A stretch of DNA of 64,000 nt, from contig CAWCFX010000006.1 in assembly GCA_963795085.1 (NCBI GenBank), forward strand, positions 416,001 to 480,000, in the 5' to 3' direction. The first letter of the stretch is position 1, and every line of letters starts with the position of its first letter. The notes under the pieces were generated by a model that searched no databases, was not told the DNA's origin, and saw only the letters and a program-made list of their open reading frames with translations. The DNA is from an uncultured Gemmatimonadales bacterium. GTDB lineage: Bacteria > Gemmatimonadota > Gemmatimonadetes > Gemmatimonadales > GWC2-71-9. The position numbers and the translations under genes are program-made. Shown here in pieces: positions 50,601 through 60,097 of this stretch.

Positions 50601-51200
50601 ATGACCATCAATCCCTTCCCCGAGCTCGAGACCCTTGTTGCGCGAGACGCGGAGCTGCGGACGCGCCTGGCGGAGAGTGGCGAGCTGTTCGGGCACTATC
50701 ACCCGGCGGTGGCCGAGCTGCACCGGGAGAATGCCCGGCGGCTCCGGGAGATCCTGGCGGACCATGGCTGGCCCGACCGGGCGCGCCATGGTGAGGCAGC
50801 GGTGGAAGCGGCCTGGCTCATCGTGCAGCACGCCATCGGGGAGCCGGAGTTCCAGCGCTCCATGCTCCCGCTGCTCGAGGAGCAGGCCCGGCTCGGCCGG
50901 ATCCGGCCGGCGCTGGTCGCGATGCTGGAGGACCGGATCCGGGCCTTCGAGGGCCGGCCCCAACTCTACGGGACCCAGATGGACTGGGACGAGCGCGGTG
51001 AGCTGTCGCCCTGGCCGGCGGTGGGTGACCCGGAGGATGTAGACCGGCGGCGGGCTTCGGTGGGACTGCCGCCGCTGGCGGAGAATATCCGGCGGCTCCG
51101 GGACGAGGCCCGGCAGTCGGGGGAACGGCCGCCGGCGGACCTCGCGGGGTATCGCGAGGCCGCCCAGGCCTGGGCCCGCTCGGTGGGATGGCACTCATGA
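50601..51200 (+). CDS. DUF6624-like protein
   Basis: ENARRLREIL..HGWP, AAWLIVQHA, LEDRI, PQLYGTQ, VDRRRASVGLPPL. Confidence 0.8.
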   Translation: MTINPFPELETLVARDAELRTRLAESGELFGHYHPAVAELHRENARRLREILADHGWPDRARHGEAAVEAAWLIVQHAIGEPEFQRSMLPLLEEQARLGRIRPALVAMLEDRIRAFEGRPQLYGTQMDWDERGELSPWPAVGDPEDVDRRRASVGLPPLAENIRRLRDEARQSGERPPADLAGYREAAQAWARSVGWHS

Positions 51201-51733
51201 CGGAATCAATGCGCTCCTTCGATCTTCAGCCGACCCTCAAGGGCAGCCTGGTCGAGCTCCGGCCGCTCCGCCCGGACGACTTCGATGCCCTCTACGCCGT
51301 CGCGGCCGATCCGCTGGTCTGGGAACAGCATCCCGCCCGGAACCGGTATCAGTCGGAGATCTTCCAGGCGCTCTTCGCGGAGAGCCTGGCCTCGGGCGGG
51401 GCGCTGGTTGCCACGGACGCTCTGACCGGGCAGGTCATCGGCTCGTCCCGCTACTGGGGATATGACCCGGAGCGGAGCGAGATCGAGATTGGGTGGACCT
51501 TCCTCGCCCGCTCCCACTGGGGCGGGAGATACAACGGCGACATGAAGGACCTCATGCTGCGGCACGCGTTCCGGTTCGTGGACTCGGTGGTGTTTCTCAT
51601 CGGCGCGGAAAACCTTCGGTCGCGACGCGCGGTGGAGAAGATCGGCGCGGTGCTGCTGGAATCCAGGCCCGACCCGGAGGGACGGGACCGGGTGGTCTAT
51701 CGGATCACCTCAGAGGGGTTTTCAGGGCGATGA
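51197..51733 (+). CDS. GNAT family N-acetyltransferase (RimJ/RimL-like)
   Basis: DPLVWEQHP, EIGWTFLARSHWG, NLRSRRAVEKIG. Confidence 0.9.
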   Translation: MTESMRSFDLQPTLKGSLVELRPLRPDDFDALYAVAADPLVWEQHPARNRYQSEIFQALFAESLASGGALVATDALTGQVIGSSRYWGYDPERSEIEIGWTFLARSHWGGRYNGDMKDLMLRHAFRFVDSVVFLIGAENLRSRRAVEKIGAVLLESRPDPEGRDRVVYRITSEGFSGR

Positions 51734-52359
51734 CCACTCCCCCGATCGACCTCGAGGCCCAGTTCGGGCCGATCGACATCTACCTGTTCGACCAGCTGCT
51801 CCGGGGCCGGATTCTGCCCGGCATGCGCATCCTGGACGCGGGGTGCGGTCACGGGCGGAACCTGGTGTACCTGCTGCGGGGCGGCTACGAAGTGATGGCC
51901 GCGGACACCGACCCGGCGAGCGTCGCCAGTGTCCGCCAGCTCGCCGCCCGGCTGGCGCCGCGACTCCCGCCGGAGAACTTCCGGGTGGAACCAGTGGACG
52001 CGCTGTCGTTTCCCGACGCGTCGATGGACGTGGTGGTGTGCATCGCGGTGCTCCACTTCGCGCGGGACCCGGCGCACTGGGACGCGATGGTCACGGAAAC
52101 CTGGCGGGTGCTCAAGCCCGGCGGCCTCTACCTGGCGCGACTGGCCACTACCATCGGGATCGCCGACCGGGTCCGGCGGCTGGAGGGAAACCGGTACCTC
52201 CTGCCGGACGGGAGCGAGCGCTACCTGGTGAATGCGGCCGCCCTGGTCGAGACGACCCACCGGCTGGGTGGGACGCTGGCCGACCCGCTCAAGACGACGC
52301 TGGTGCAGGACCAGCGGGCGATGACGACGTGGGTGATGAGGAAGGCCTCGTCGGCCTGA
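51730..52359 (+). CDS. class I SAM-dependent methyltransferase
   Basis: ILDAGCGHGRN, AVLHFA, WRVLKPGG. Confidence 0.9.
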   Translation: MTTPPIDLEAQFGPIDIYLFDQLLRGRILPGMRILDAGCGHGRNLVYLLRGGYEVMAADTDPASVASVRQLAARLAPRLPPENFRVEPVDALSFPDASMDVVVCIAVLHFARDPAHWDAMVTETWRVLKPGGLYLARLATTIGIADRVRRLEGNRYLLPDGSERYLVNAAALVETTHRLGGTLADPLKTTLVQDQRAMTTWVMRKASSA

Positions 52360-52478
52360 GGCGGCGGACCGCCCAGGGATCGATGGGTGGATGGGAGACG
52401 GGAACCAGCGCTGGCAGGACGTCGGGAGCGGAGGACGCCAGGCGGTCATCACCCTCAGGTGCAAGCAGGGCTGGCCAC

Positions 52479-52518
52479 CGGCGGGACCGGTCGTCCCGCG
52501 GCTGGCCCCGGTCATCCC
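52479..52518 (+). promoter_or_regulatory. putative LytTR binding direct repeat
   Basis: CCGGTCGTCCC (52487) and CCGGTCATCCC (52508); the ~40 bp block is nearly duplicated at 54519-54558. Confidence 0.65.
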
Positions 52519-52582
52519 TGCAACGGTCCAATTCCCTTCCTCCAACCTATCGGTGTGGCGCCAATCGAGCGATCTTGGCAGC

Positions 52583-53716
52583 ATGACGATGACCGCCGTG
52601 CCCGCCCCTGCTCTGCCCCACCGGTGGCGCCCGGAGTGGGCGGTGTACACCCTGGTGGCGCTGGTGCTGGCGCTCTCGACCCTGGCTCCCATGGTGCGCC
52701 TGGCCAATGGCGGCCCGCGTCTCACTCCGGGCGACCTCGTGTCCACCGTGGTGTCGCTGGCCGCCTGGTTGCCCTTCGTGGGCGCCCTGGTCTGGTTGCA
52801 GCGCCAGCGCGCCCGGCCCACCGCGACCCTCTGGGCGGCCCACCTCGCCCTGCTGCTGCTGGCACCGCCCCTCCACGCGGCGGGGTTCCTGATTCTTGAC
52901 GCGCTGCTCCGGGGCGTACCGGCCGCCGCCGGGCTCGCGGGACCCGGCTTCCCGGTGGTCACCGGGCTGGGCGTGCTGCAGTATGCCATCATCCTGGCAA
53001 CGCTGCAGGCACTGCAGGCCTCCGGGGCCGCCGACCGAAGCCGCGCGCACGCCGCCGAGTTTGCCCTGGCCCGGGAGCAGTTGGAGTCGCAACTGGCCCG
53101 CGCTCGCAGCGACGCGATCCGGGCCAGGCTGCAGCCGCATTTCCTCTTCAATACGCTGAACTCCATCTCGGTGATGGCCGCTGCCGACGCCGCGGGCGCC
53201 CAGCTGATGATCCGGCGGCTGAGCGAACTGCTGCGCGCGGTGCTGGTGGACGACGAGCACCCGACCGTCCCGCTGCGACGGGAGTTGGAACTGGTCGACG
53301 CCTACCTGGCCATCCAGCGGGTCCGGTTCGGCGACCGGCTCCGCACCACGCTGGACGCCGATCCCGCCGTGCTCGACGCCAATGTCCCCACCTTCCTGCT
53401 GCAGCCGCTGGTCGAGAACGCCATTCACCATGCTGTGGCCGCGCGGGACGAGGGCGGCGCCGTGGCGATCACGGCGGGCCTGGTGGGTGACCGGATGCGG
53501 CTGATCGTGCGGGACGACGGTGCCAGTGCCGCCCCGCCAGGCCAGCAGCGCGATGGGCTGGGCCTCCGCAATACCCGGGAGCGGCTCGCCCAGATGTACG
53601 GGCCGGAGGCACGGTTCGAGATCGAGGCCCCGCAAGGAGGCGGGTGGGAGGTTCGGCTGGAGCTGCCCGTCTCCCGGCCGCCGAGCCCGGGATCCGTCGG
53701 CGAGGTCGGCCGGTGA
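52583..53716 (+). CDS. LytS/YehU-type sensor histidine kinase
   Basis: TM region; LQPHFLFNTLNSI, LQPLVENAI.H, GLGLRN.RERL. Confidence 0.92.
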   Translation: MTMTAVPAPALPHRWRPEWAVYTLVALVLALSTLAPMVRLANGGPRLTPGDLVSTVVSLAAWLPFVGALVWLQRQRARPTATLWAAHLALLLLAPPLHAAGFLILDALLRGVPAAAGLAGPGFPVVTGLGVLQYAIILATLQALQASGAADRSRAHAAEFALAREQLESQLARARSDAIRARLQPHFLFNTLNSISVMAAADAAGAQLMIRRLSELLRAVLVDDEHPTVPLRRELELVDAYLAIQRVRFGDRLRTTLDADPAVLDANVPTFLLQPLVENAIHHAVAARDEGGAVAITAGLVGDRMRLIVRDDGASAAPPGQQRDGLGLRNTRERLAQMYGPEARFEIEAPQGGGWEVRLELPVSRPPSPGSVGEVGR

Positions 53717-54501
53717 CCGGGACCGAGGCGCTCGACGTCCTGGTCGTCGACGATGAGCCGCTCGCCCGGCGCGGCATCCGCGACCTGTTCGGCACGGTCC
53801 CCGGGCCCGCCACCATCCGCGAGGCCAGTTCAGGCGGCGAAGGGGTGCGGATGATCCGCGAGCAGCGGCCCGACCTGGTGCTGCTCGACGTGCAGATGCC
53901 GCGGATGGACGGGTTCGGCGTGATCGAGACGATCGGTGCCGCGGAGATGCCTCCGGTGGTCTTTGTCACCGCCCACGACGAGCACGCCCTCCGGGCCTTC
54001 GAAGTGCACGCGGTGGACTACCTGCTGAAGCCGGTCGATCCGGAGCGCTTCCGGGACGCGATCGACCGGGCTCGCCATGCCATCGACCGGGACCAGGCGG
54101 CCGGCCTCCGAGGCGCGCTGGCCTCCGCCAGGGCGCACTGGCAGCAGGCTCGCTCCACCCCTGCTCCGGCGGAGCCCCCGCGCCGGCTGGCGGTGCGCCA
54201 GGACGACCGGATCGTGTTCGTCGAGCCCGGCGCCATCGAGTGGGTAGAGGCGCAGGGCAATTACGCGGTGCTGCATCTCCGCGATGGCGTGCTGCGCCAC
54301 CGGTCAACCATGGAGGAAATGGAGACGCTGCTGGGCCCCTCCTTCGTGCGGATCCGCCGCTCCGTCCTGCTGCGCACCGATGCCGTCCGCTACTGCGAGC
54401 CGTGGGGCAAAGGCAGTTACGTCTTCGTGCTGCGCGACCAGACCCGGCTCACCTCCAGCCGCTATTTCCGCCACCGGCTCCGGCCGCTCCTCGGCAACTG
54501 A
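53713..54501 (+). CDS. LytTR family response regulator
   Basis: VDDEPLAR, LDVQMP, FVTAHD, DYLLKP, IEWVEAQGNY, FVRIRRS. Confidence 0.93.
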   Translation: MTGTEALDVLVVDDEPLARRGIRDLFGTVPGPATIREASSGGEGVRMIREQRPDLVLLDVQMPRMDGFGVIETIGAAEMPPVVFVTAHDEHALRAFEVHAVDYLLKPVDPERFRDAIDRARHAIDRDQAAGLRGALASARAHWQQARSTPAPAEPPRRLAVRQDDRIVFVEPGAIEWVEAQGNYAVLHLRDGVLRHRSTMEEMETLLGPSFVRIRRSVLLRTDAVRYCEPWGKGSYVFVLRDQTRLTSSRYFRHRLRPLLGN

Positions 54502-54518
54502 CCGGCGCGGCCTCGCGG

Positions 54519-54558
54519 CGGCGGGACCGGTCGCCCCGCGGGCCGCCCCGGATATCCC
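54519..54558 (+). promoter_or_regulatory. putative LytTR binding direct repeat upstream of the S41 peptidase
   Basis: GCGGGACCGGTCGCCCCGCG matches 52481-52500 at 19/20; second half-site CCGGATATCCC 21 bp later. Confidence 0.65.
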
Positions 54559-54685
54559 CGGGCCGTGGACCCGCGCGCACCCCGGCGCCATCCTTGCGCG
54601 TCGTCCCCGCGGGACCTCGCCCGGGAAGCGTTGCACCGGTTCGGCCCCGCCCACCACCGACCCAACCATGAGCACCGGAGATCCC

Positions 54686-55705
54686 ATGTCCTTCGCTCCC
54701 GCCAGCGCGATCCTCCTCTCCCTGCTGGCTTTCGTCCCCCCAGCCGCAGCACAGACACCCATCTCGCTCGACGCCCCGCTGCGCGATACCGTGATCGACG
54801 CCGCCCGGCGAACCCGGCTGATCGATACACTGATCCAGCGGCTGGAAGCGACCTACGTATTTCCCGAGAAGGTACCCGCCTTCGCGGCGGCCCTCCGCGC
54901 CCGGGCCGCCCGGGGCGGGTACGACGGCATCACCAGCGCGGTGGCATTCGCCGAGACGCTGACGGCGAACCTGCAGGAGGTGGCCAGCGACCGCCACCTC
55001 CGGGTTCGCTATACCGATGCCGTGCTTCCGCGCACCCGGCCTCAGCCGGGACCGCCGACCGCCGCGCAGGTCCAGCGGAACCGGGACCAGGCCCGCGAGG
55101 AGTCCTATGGGCTGGGACGCTCCGAAGTCCTGCCCGGCAACATCGGCTACCTCGAAGTCCGCTCGTTCGGCTATCCCCCCGAGGACATCGCGGAGGGAGT
55201 GGCGGCGGCCATGACCCCCCTGGCGAATACCGACGCCCTGATCATCGATATCCGCGTCAACGGCGGCGGCACACCGTACGCCGTGGCCCATCTCGCCAGC
55301 TACCTGTTCGGCCCCGATTCAGTTCACCTCAATTCCATCTACTGGCGGCCTGAGGATTCGACGATGCATTTCTGGACCAGCCGGGAGGTACCGGGCCGCC
55401 GTTTTGGTCCCACCAAGCCGGTCTATGTACTGGTCAGCAACCGTACTTTCTCCGCCGCCGAGGAATTCGCGTACAACCTGCAAGCGCGGAAGCGGGCTAC
55501 GATCGTGGGTGCGGCGACCCGGGGCGGCGCCCACCCCGGGCAGGGGGAACGGCTCGATGACCACTTCTTTGTTTTCGTACCGAGCGGCCGGGCGATCAAC
55601 CCCGTGACCGGGCAGAACTGGGAGGGAGTGGGGGTGATTCCTGAGGTCCGGGTGGCCCCGGACAGCGCATTGGCCGCGGCGCTCCGCCTGGCTCGGCGAC
55701 ACTGA
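54686..55705 (+). CDS. S41 family peptidase (IRBP-like), secreted
   Basis: YVFPE, DRHL, GNIGYL, LIIDIR.NGGG, TFSAAEEF, WEGVGVIP. Confidence 0.92.
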   Translation: MSFAPASAILLSLLAFVPPAAAQTPISLDAPLRDTVIDAARRTRLIDTLIQRLEATYVFPEKVPAFAAALRARAARGGYDGITSAVAFAETLTANLQEVASDRHLRVRYTDAVLPRTRPQPGPPTAAQVQRNRDQAREESYGLGRSEVLPGNIGYLEVRSFGYPPEDIAEGVAAAMTPLANTDALIIDIRVNGGGTPYAVAHLASYLFGPDSVHLNSIYWRPEDSTMHFWTSREVPGRRFGPTKPVYVLVSNRTFSAAEEFAYNLQARKRATIVGAATRGGAHPGQGERLDDHFFVFVPSGRAINPVTGQNWEGVGVIPEVRVAPDSALAAALRLARRH

Positions 55706-55872
55706 GCCTTCGGGCCGATTGACATCCACCGGTTCGCCCGGCTGCTGCGGGCCGGGTTCTGCCACCGGCCTGCGCTCCGGAAGGGTAAGACCGGACGGTA
55801 AGCGCTTGGCCGGGGCAGACGGCCGGTCTGGCCTTTACGCCTGTCCCCAAACCTGCCACCATTCCCCTCCCC

Positions 55873-56319
55873 ATGGGGAAACACGTCCTTCTCTTCGGCC
55901 TGCTCGCCGGCCTCCTGATCGCCGCGCTCCGGCTCATCGAATATCGCTGGCTGGTGATCGAGCATTCCGTCGAAATCTACGGCGGGCTGGTGGCCGCCGT
56001 CTTCGCCGGCCTGGGCATCTGGCTCGGCCTCCGTCTGACCCGGGGGCGCGAGACCGTTGTCGTGCGGGAGGTCATGGTCCCCACCCCGGCCAGCTTCATC
56101 CGCGACCAGGGCAAGGTCGAGTCCCTCGGCATCACCCCCCGGGAATTTGAGATCCTGGAGCTGATCGCGCAGGGCCTCAGCAACCGAGAGATCGCCGGCC
56201 GGGTGCACGTCAGCGAGAACACCGTCAAGACCCACTCCAGCCGCATCTTCGACAAGCTGGGGGCCCGGCGCCGGACCCAGGCCGTCCAGCTGGCCCGGGA
56301 GCTTCGGCTCATTCCCTAG
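55873..56319 (+). CDS. membrane-anchored LuxR-type HTH regulator
   Basis: Two TM helices then ITPREFEILELIAQGLSNREIA...SENTVKTH. Confidence 0.9.
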   Translation: MGKHVLLFGLLAGLLIAALRLIEYRWLVIEHSVEIYGGLVAAVFAGLGIWLGLRLTRGRETVVVREVMVPTPASFIRDQGKVESLGITPREFEILELIAQGLSNREIAGRVHVSENTVKTHSSRIFDKLGARRRTQAVQLARELRLIP

Positions 56320-56376
56320 CCCCCGGGACGGGTAGAGGCCACACTTTCGGATGATCTTGCCCCCAATCTCCTAAAA

Positions 56377-56392
56377 TCACCCGTTTGGGTGA
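56377..56392. promoter_or_regulatory. palindromic operator TCACCC-N4-GGGTGA
   Basis: Between the LuxR-type gene and DUF4199; weaker copy at 56339-56354; TAGAAT -10 at 56415. Confidence 0.6.
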
Positions 56393-56448
56393 CGCGCCAC
56401 GCGCGGGCGGCGGCTAGAATCGGCCGTCCTCAACCACCCGGAGCTCCC

Positions 56449-56988
56449 ATGCGCAGGATCGTGCTCACTTTTGGACTGATCGCCGGCGGCCTCCTGGCGG
56501 CCATGATGTTCTTCACCCTGCCCTTCCAGGAGCAGATCGGCTTCGAGAAGGGCGAGATCATCGGCTATGCGACGATGGTGCTCGCCTTCCTGATGGTGTT
56601 CTTCGGCATCCGGTCCTACCGCGACAACGTCGCGAAAGGAAGCATCACCTTCGGCAGGGCCTTCAAGGTGGGCCTGCTGATCACCCTGGTCGCCACCGCC
56701 TGCTACGTCGCCGCCTGGCAACTCGTCTACTACAAACTGGCGCCCGATTTCACCGCGAACTACGCCGCCTACGCCATCGAGAAGGCGCGGGAATCGGGGG
56801 CGACGGAATCCGAGGTGGCGGAGAAGACCCGGAAAATGGAGGAGTTCCAGGCCATGTACCGGAATCCGCTGGTCAACGTCGCCATCACCGCGCTGGAGCC
56901 GCTCCCGGTCGGCATCCTGTTCACGCTGGTTGCTGCTGGCGTGCTGAGCCGGAAGCGCAGGGCCCCGGACCCGGCGGCCGCTCGCTGA
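56449..56988 (+). CDS. DUF4199 family membrane protein
   Basis: [19 protein letters not shown]...[21 protein letters not shown]. Confidence 0.88.
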   Translation: MRRIVLTFGLIAGGLLAAMMFFTLPFQEQIGFEKGEIIGYATMVLAFLMVFFGIRSYRDNVAKGSITFGRAFKVGLLITLVATACYVAAWQLVYYKLAPDFTANYAAYAIEKARESGATESEVAEKTRKMEEFQAMYRNPLVNVAITALEPLPVGILFTLVAAGVLSRKRRAPDPAAAR

Positions 56989-57025
56989 TCGCGCACCTCC
57001 GCCTACTCCCACAAGGACGGCTCCC

Positions 57026-57397
57026 ATGCAGCTCGGCGCCTTTTCCATCAGCCTCGCGGTCCGCGATCTCCAGGCTTCGAAAGCCTTTTACGAGAAGCTC
57101 GGGTTTTCCGAGTTCGCGGGAAACGCCGCCCAGAACTGGCTCATCCTCCGCAACGGTGACACCGTGATCGGGATCTTCCAGGGAATGTTCGAGAAGAACA
57201 TGCTGACCTTCAACCCGGGCTGGGACGGCAATGCCCAGACGCTGCCCTCCTTCACCGATATCCGCGAGCTGCAGCGGCGGCTCAAGGCCAGCGGGGTGAC
57301 GCTGCTCAAGGAGGCGGACGAGACCTCATCCGGTCCGGCCAGCCTCCTGGCGCTGGATCCCGACGGGAACCCGGTCCTGCTGGACCAGCACGTGTGA
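57026..57397 (+). CDS. VOC/glyoxalase family protein
   Basis: [24 protein letters not shown]. Confidence 0.92.
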   Translation: MQLGAFSISLAVRDLQASKAFYEKLGFSEFAGNAAQNWLILRNGDTVIGIFQGMFEKNMLTFNPGWDGNAQTLPSFTDIRELQRRLKASGVTLLKEADETSSGPASLLALDPDGNPVLLDQHV

Positions 57398-57462
57398 GCG
57401 ATGAATTCGCGCCGCTGGGGAATTCACGGTAAATTTCCATCCCCTGTCACCCCGGCCGGTCC

Positions 57463-58560
57463 ATGACCGTTCCCATCACCCTGCTCCTGTTGCTCCAGGT
57501 TTCCGGCGCTCCGGTCCCGGTGGAATTCACCGCGCCCCCCGGATGGGTTGCGGTCGAAGCCCCGCCGCTCCGGGCCTTTACGCCCACGGACCTGGCGCCG
57601 GGGCAGGCGCTCCTGGTGGCCGTGTGGCCCACCGAGCGGATCAACCTGAACGTCTTTCCCAACTGGTTCGAGACCAGGCTCAATGGCCCGGGCGAGACGG
57701 TGCTGCAGCAGGGCCCGACCGAGCGGCGCCCGCGGAACGGGCTCGAGGTCCTGACCGCGACGCAGCGGGTCGCGCTGCCGCAGCTCGGACCGGTGGTACG
57801 GGTGCTCTACGCCATAGGCGCCGGTGACCGGGTGGCCCTGGCGATGCTGACCGCCAACCAGGACGAGCTGGTGACCCGGTACGCCGAGCCGGTGCGCGCG
57901 TTCTTCGAGTCCCTGCGGTTTTCCGGCGCGACGGCAACATCCAGCTCAGCCCGGGAAGGCGGACGTACCCCCATACCCGCCGCGGGGTTCGAAGGGAGCC
58001 AGCCGCGCGGTCTCTTCTACCGGCTTCGTTCCGGCGGGAGCAGCCGGATGGAGACCCAGACGCGGCTCTTCCTGCCCCCCAACCGGATCCTTCTCGTCAG
58101 CCCGATGGGCAGCGGGGAGCGGATCGACCTCGCCCGGTGCAGCCCCGATACCTGCGGCACCTACACGGTCGCCGGAGGCTTCCTCATGGTCCGGTGGGAC
58201 AACAACGCGACGCAGCGGCTGAGATTTGTCCGCTCCGCCGACGGCTTCACCCTGGACGGGGACACCTTTCAGCCGGCGCGACCCGTGGCCGCCGCGGAGA
58301 TCGTGGGCAGCTGGGGCGACCCGTCCAACGCCGGCAGCAGCGCCTCCGGCCTCAAGTTCAGCGTGGACGAACGCTTCGAGTGGGGAGCGGGCAGCCGGGA
58401 GACCACCCTCCGCGGCCGCTACGAGCTCAAGGGGATGACGCTGACGCTCAACTTTACGGATGGGACAACCAAAGACTACGCCTTGTTTGCCGCCGGGCGG
58501 ACCCGGCCCGCGGGGCTGCTGAGCCTGGACGGGACGGTGTTTTCGAGAACGGGGCGGTAA
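57463..58560 (+). CDS. hypothetical secreted protein
   Basis: Signal-like N-terminus; beta-rich; stop supplied by a GGGCGGTAA repeat. Confidence 0.7.
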   Translation: MTVPITLLLLLQVSGAPVPVEFTAPPGWVAVEAPPLRAFTPTDLAPGQALLVAVWPTERINLNVFPNWFETRLNGPGETVLQQGPTERRPRNGLEVLTATQRVALPQLGPVVRVLYAIGAGDRVALAMLTANQDELVTRYAEPVRAFFESLRFSGATATSSSAREGGRTPIPAAGFEGSQPRGLFYRLRSGGSSRMETQTRLFLPPNRILLVSPMGSGERIDLARCSPDTCGTYTVAGGFLMVRWDNNATQRLRFVRSADGFTLDGDTFQPARPVAAAEIVGSWGDPSNAGSSASGLKFSVDERFEWGAGSRETTLRGRYELKGMTLTLNFTDGTTKDYALFAAGRTRPAGLLSLDGTVFSRTGR

Positions 58561-58606
58561 TACTGGGCGGTAGAACAAGGCGGTAGGACTGGGCGGTAAG
58601 ACTGGC
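58551..58606. repeat. GGGCGGTA(A/G)(G/T)ACT 13 bp tandem repeat cluster
   Basis: Four units. Confidence 0.85.
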
Positions 58607-58649
58607 CCGCCGGTTCCTTCAGCCCGCCAACTCGCAACAGGAATACATA

Positions 58650-59987
58650 TTGAACGCATCCCTCATTCAGCTGAAATCATTGTCGCACCGCGTCCTGGTC
58701 TGCCTCGTCGTGGTGTCAGGTCTGACCGCATCCCCGGCCCGGGCCCAGGTTGAGGTGGAAAGCTTTGACGGCTCCTTCCGCCTGCAGACGGGAGAGATCA
58801 TCACCGGCGGCTACTTCGTCGAGGGCGGCGTGGGGCGGTTTCTGTACATGGACACCGAGCGGCTCACCCGGGGCGGGCTCTTCGAGCGCGCGGGAGCCCG
58901 GCTGCTCCGCTCGGTTTTCCCGCCCGGGAGCGTGGAAATCGAGTTCCGGGCGGAGCCGGGCGGCCGGGTCAACTCGCTCGTATGGCGCGAACCAGGGCGG
59001 GACCCGGTCCGGGGAGAACGCATCTACCCCCATCGCTCCCGCGAGGTCCGCTTCGCCTCGGCGGATGGAACCATGCTGCACGGCCGGCTCCTCGTTCCCG
59101 GTTGCGGAAGACCCCACCCGGTCGTCGTGTCGGTCCACGGCTCCGGCCCGGTGGACCGCTACGGTGGACCCTACCACACCTGGTTCCTGCAGCGAGGCAT
59201 CGCAGTGCTCGCGTATGACAAGCGTGGCTACACCACGGGCACGGAGGCATGGCGCGAACCCGACCTCGCGGACCTGGCTGCCGACGCGGCGGCTGCCGTC
59301 CGTTTCGCCGCGGCGCAGCCCGGCCTGGACCGCGAGCGGGTCGGGATTTTCGGGAGCAGCCAGGCGGGGTGGGTCGTTCCGCGCGCCGCTGTCGAGGCAC
59401 CGGAGACGGCCTTCATCATTCTGCGTGCCGGCGCCGCCGTGAGCGAGGCCGAGACCAATCTCCACGAAGTGCGACAGGAACTGCGCGCCGAGGGACTCTC
59501 CGGGCTGGCGCTGGACAATGCCGTGCAGTTGCGGCGGGACATTTACGCGACCGCGATGAGGGGGGAGCCCATCTCGGCCACCGATGTTCTGGTCGCGCCC
59601 TACCTCGCCGAGCCGTGGTACCGGACCGCCTTTGGGGAGGGACCGGTCAGCGGGCGGTGGTCCGCCCGGTGGTGGGAGTGGGCGCAGCGCAACCTGGCCG
59701 TAACCGCAACCCCCTACCTCGAGCAGTTCCAGGGACCCGTGCTCTGGTTTCTCGCCGGAGCCGATGAGAACGTCCCGCTGGTCTCCACCCGCGCCGCCCT
59801 GGAACGGGCGTTCTCGGCCTCTCCCGGCCGCGACCAGGAAATCGTCGTTCTCGACCGCGCGCTTCACTCTTTTCTCCTCCCTTCCCCGGACGGGCCGCCC
59901 CGCTTTTCCCCGGGATTCTTCAATCGGATGGGAGAATGGTTGCAGGGTCGCGGGCTGACCGGGGCCGGCTGCCGGGGCGGGACCTGA
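58650..59987 (+). CDS. secreted alpha/beta hydrolase (S9/S15-like)
   Basis: VHGSGP, YDKRG, GSSQAGW, DENVP, late His; start uncertain (TTG). Confidence 0.82.
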   Translation: MNASLIQLKSLSHRVLVCLVVVSGLTASPARAQVEVESFDGSFRLQTGEIITGGYFVEGGVGRFLYMDTERLTRGGLFERAGARLLRSVFPPGSVEIEFRAEPGGRVNSLVWREPGRDPVRGERIYPHRSREVRFASADGTMLHGRLLVPGCGRPHPVVVSVHGSGPVDRYGGPYHTWFLQRGIAVLAYDKRGYTTGTEAWREPDLADLAADAAAAVRFAAAQPGLDRERVGIFGSSQAGWVVPRAAVEAPETAFIILRAGAAVSEAETNLHEVRQELRAEGLSGLALDNAVQLRRDIYATAMRGEPISATDVLVAPYLAEPWYRTAFGEGPVSGRWSARWWEWAQRNLAVTATPYLEQFQGPVLWFLAGADENVPLVSTRAALERAFSASPGRDQEIVVLDRALHSFLLPSPDGPPRFSPGFFNRMGEWLQGRGLTGAGCRGGT

Positions 59988-60097
59988 ACCTCGGAAGCTC
60001 GCCGGGTTCGCCCGCACGTTGACCTCCCGCCCAAACCTCGCCAAGATTCCAGCCCACACCGCGCCACTCGTTCCTCCAGACCAGGGGCCGTCCCGCC

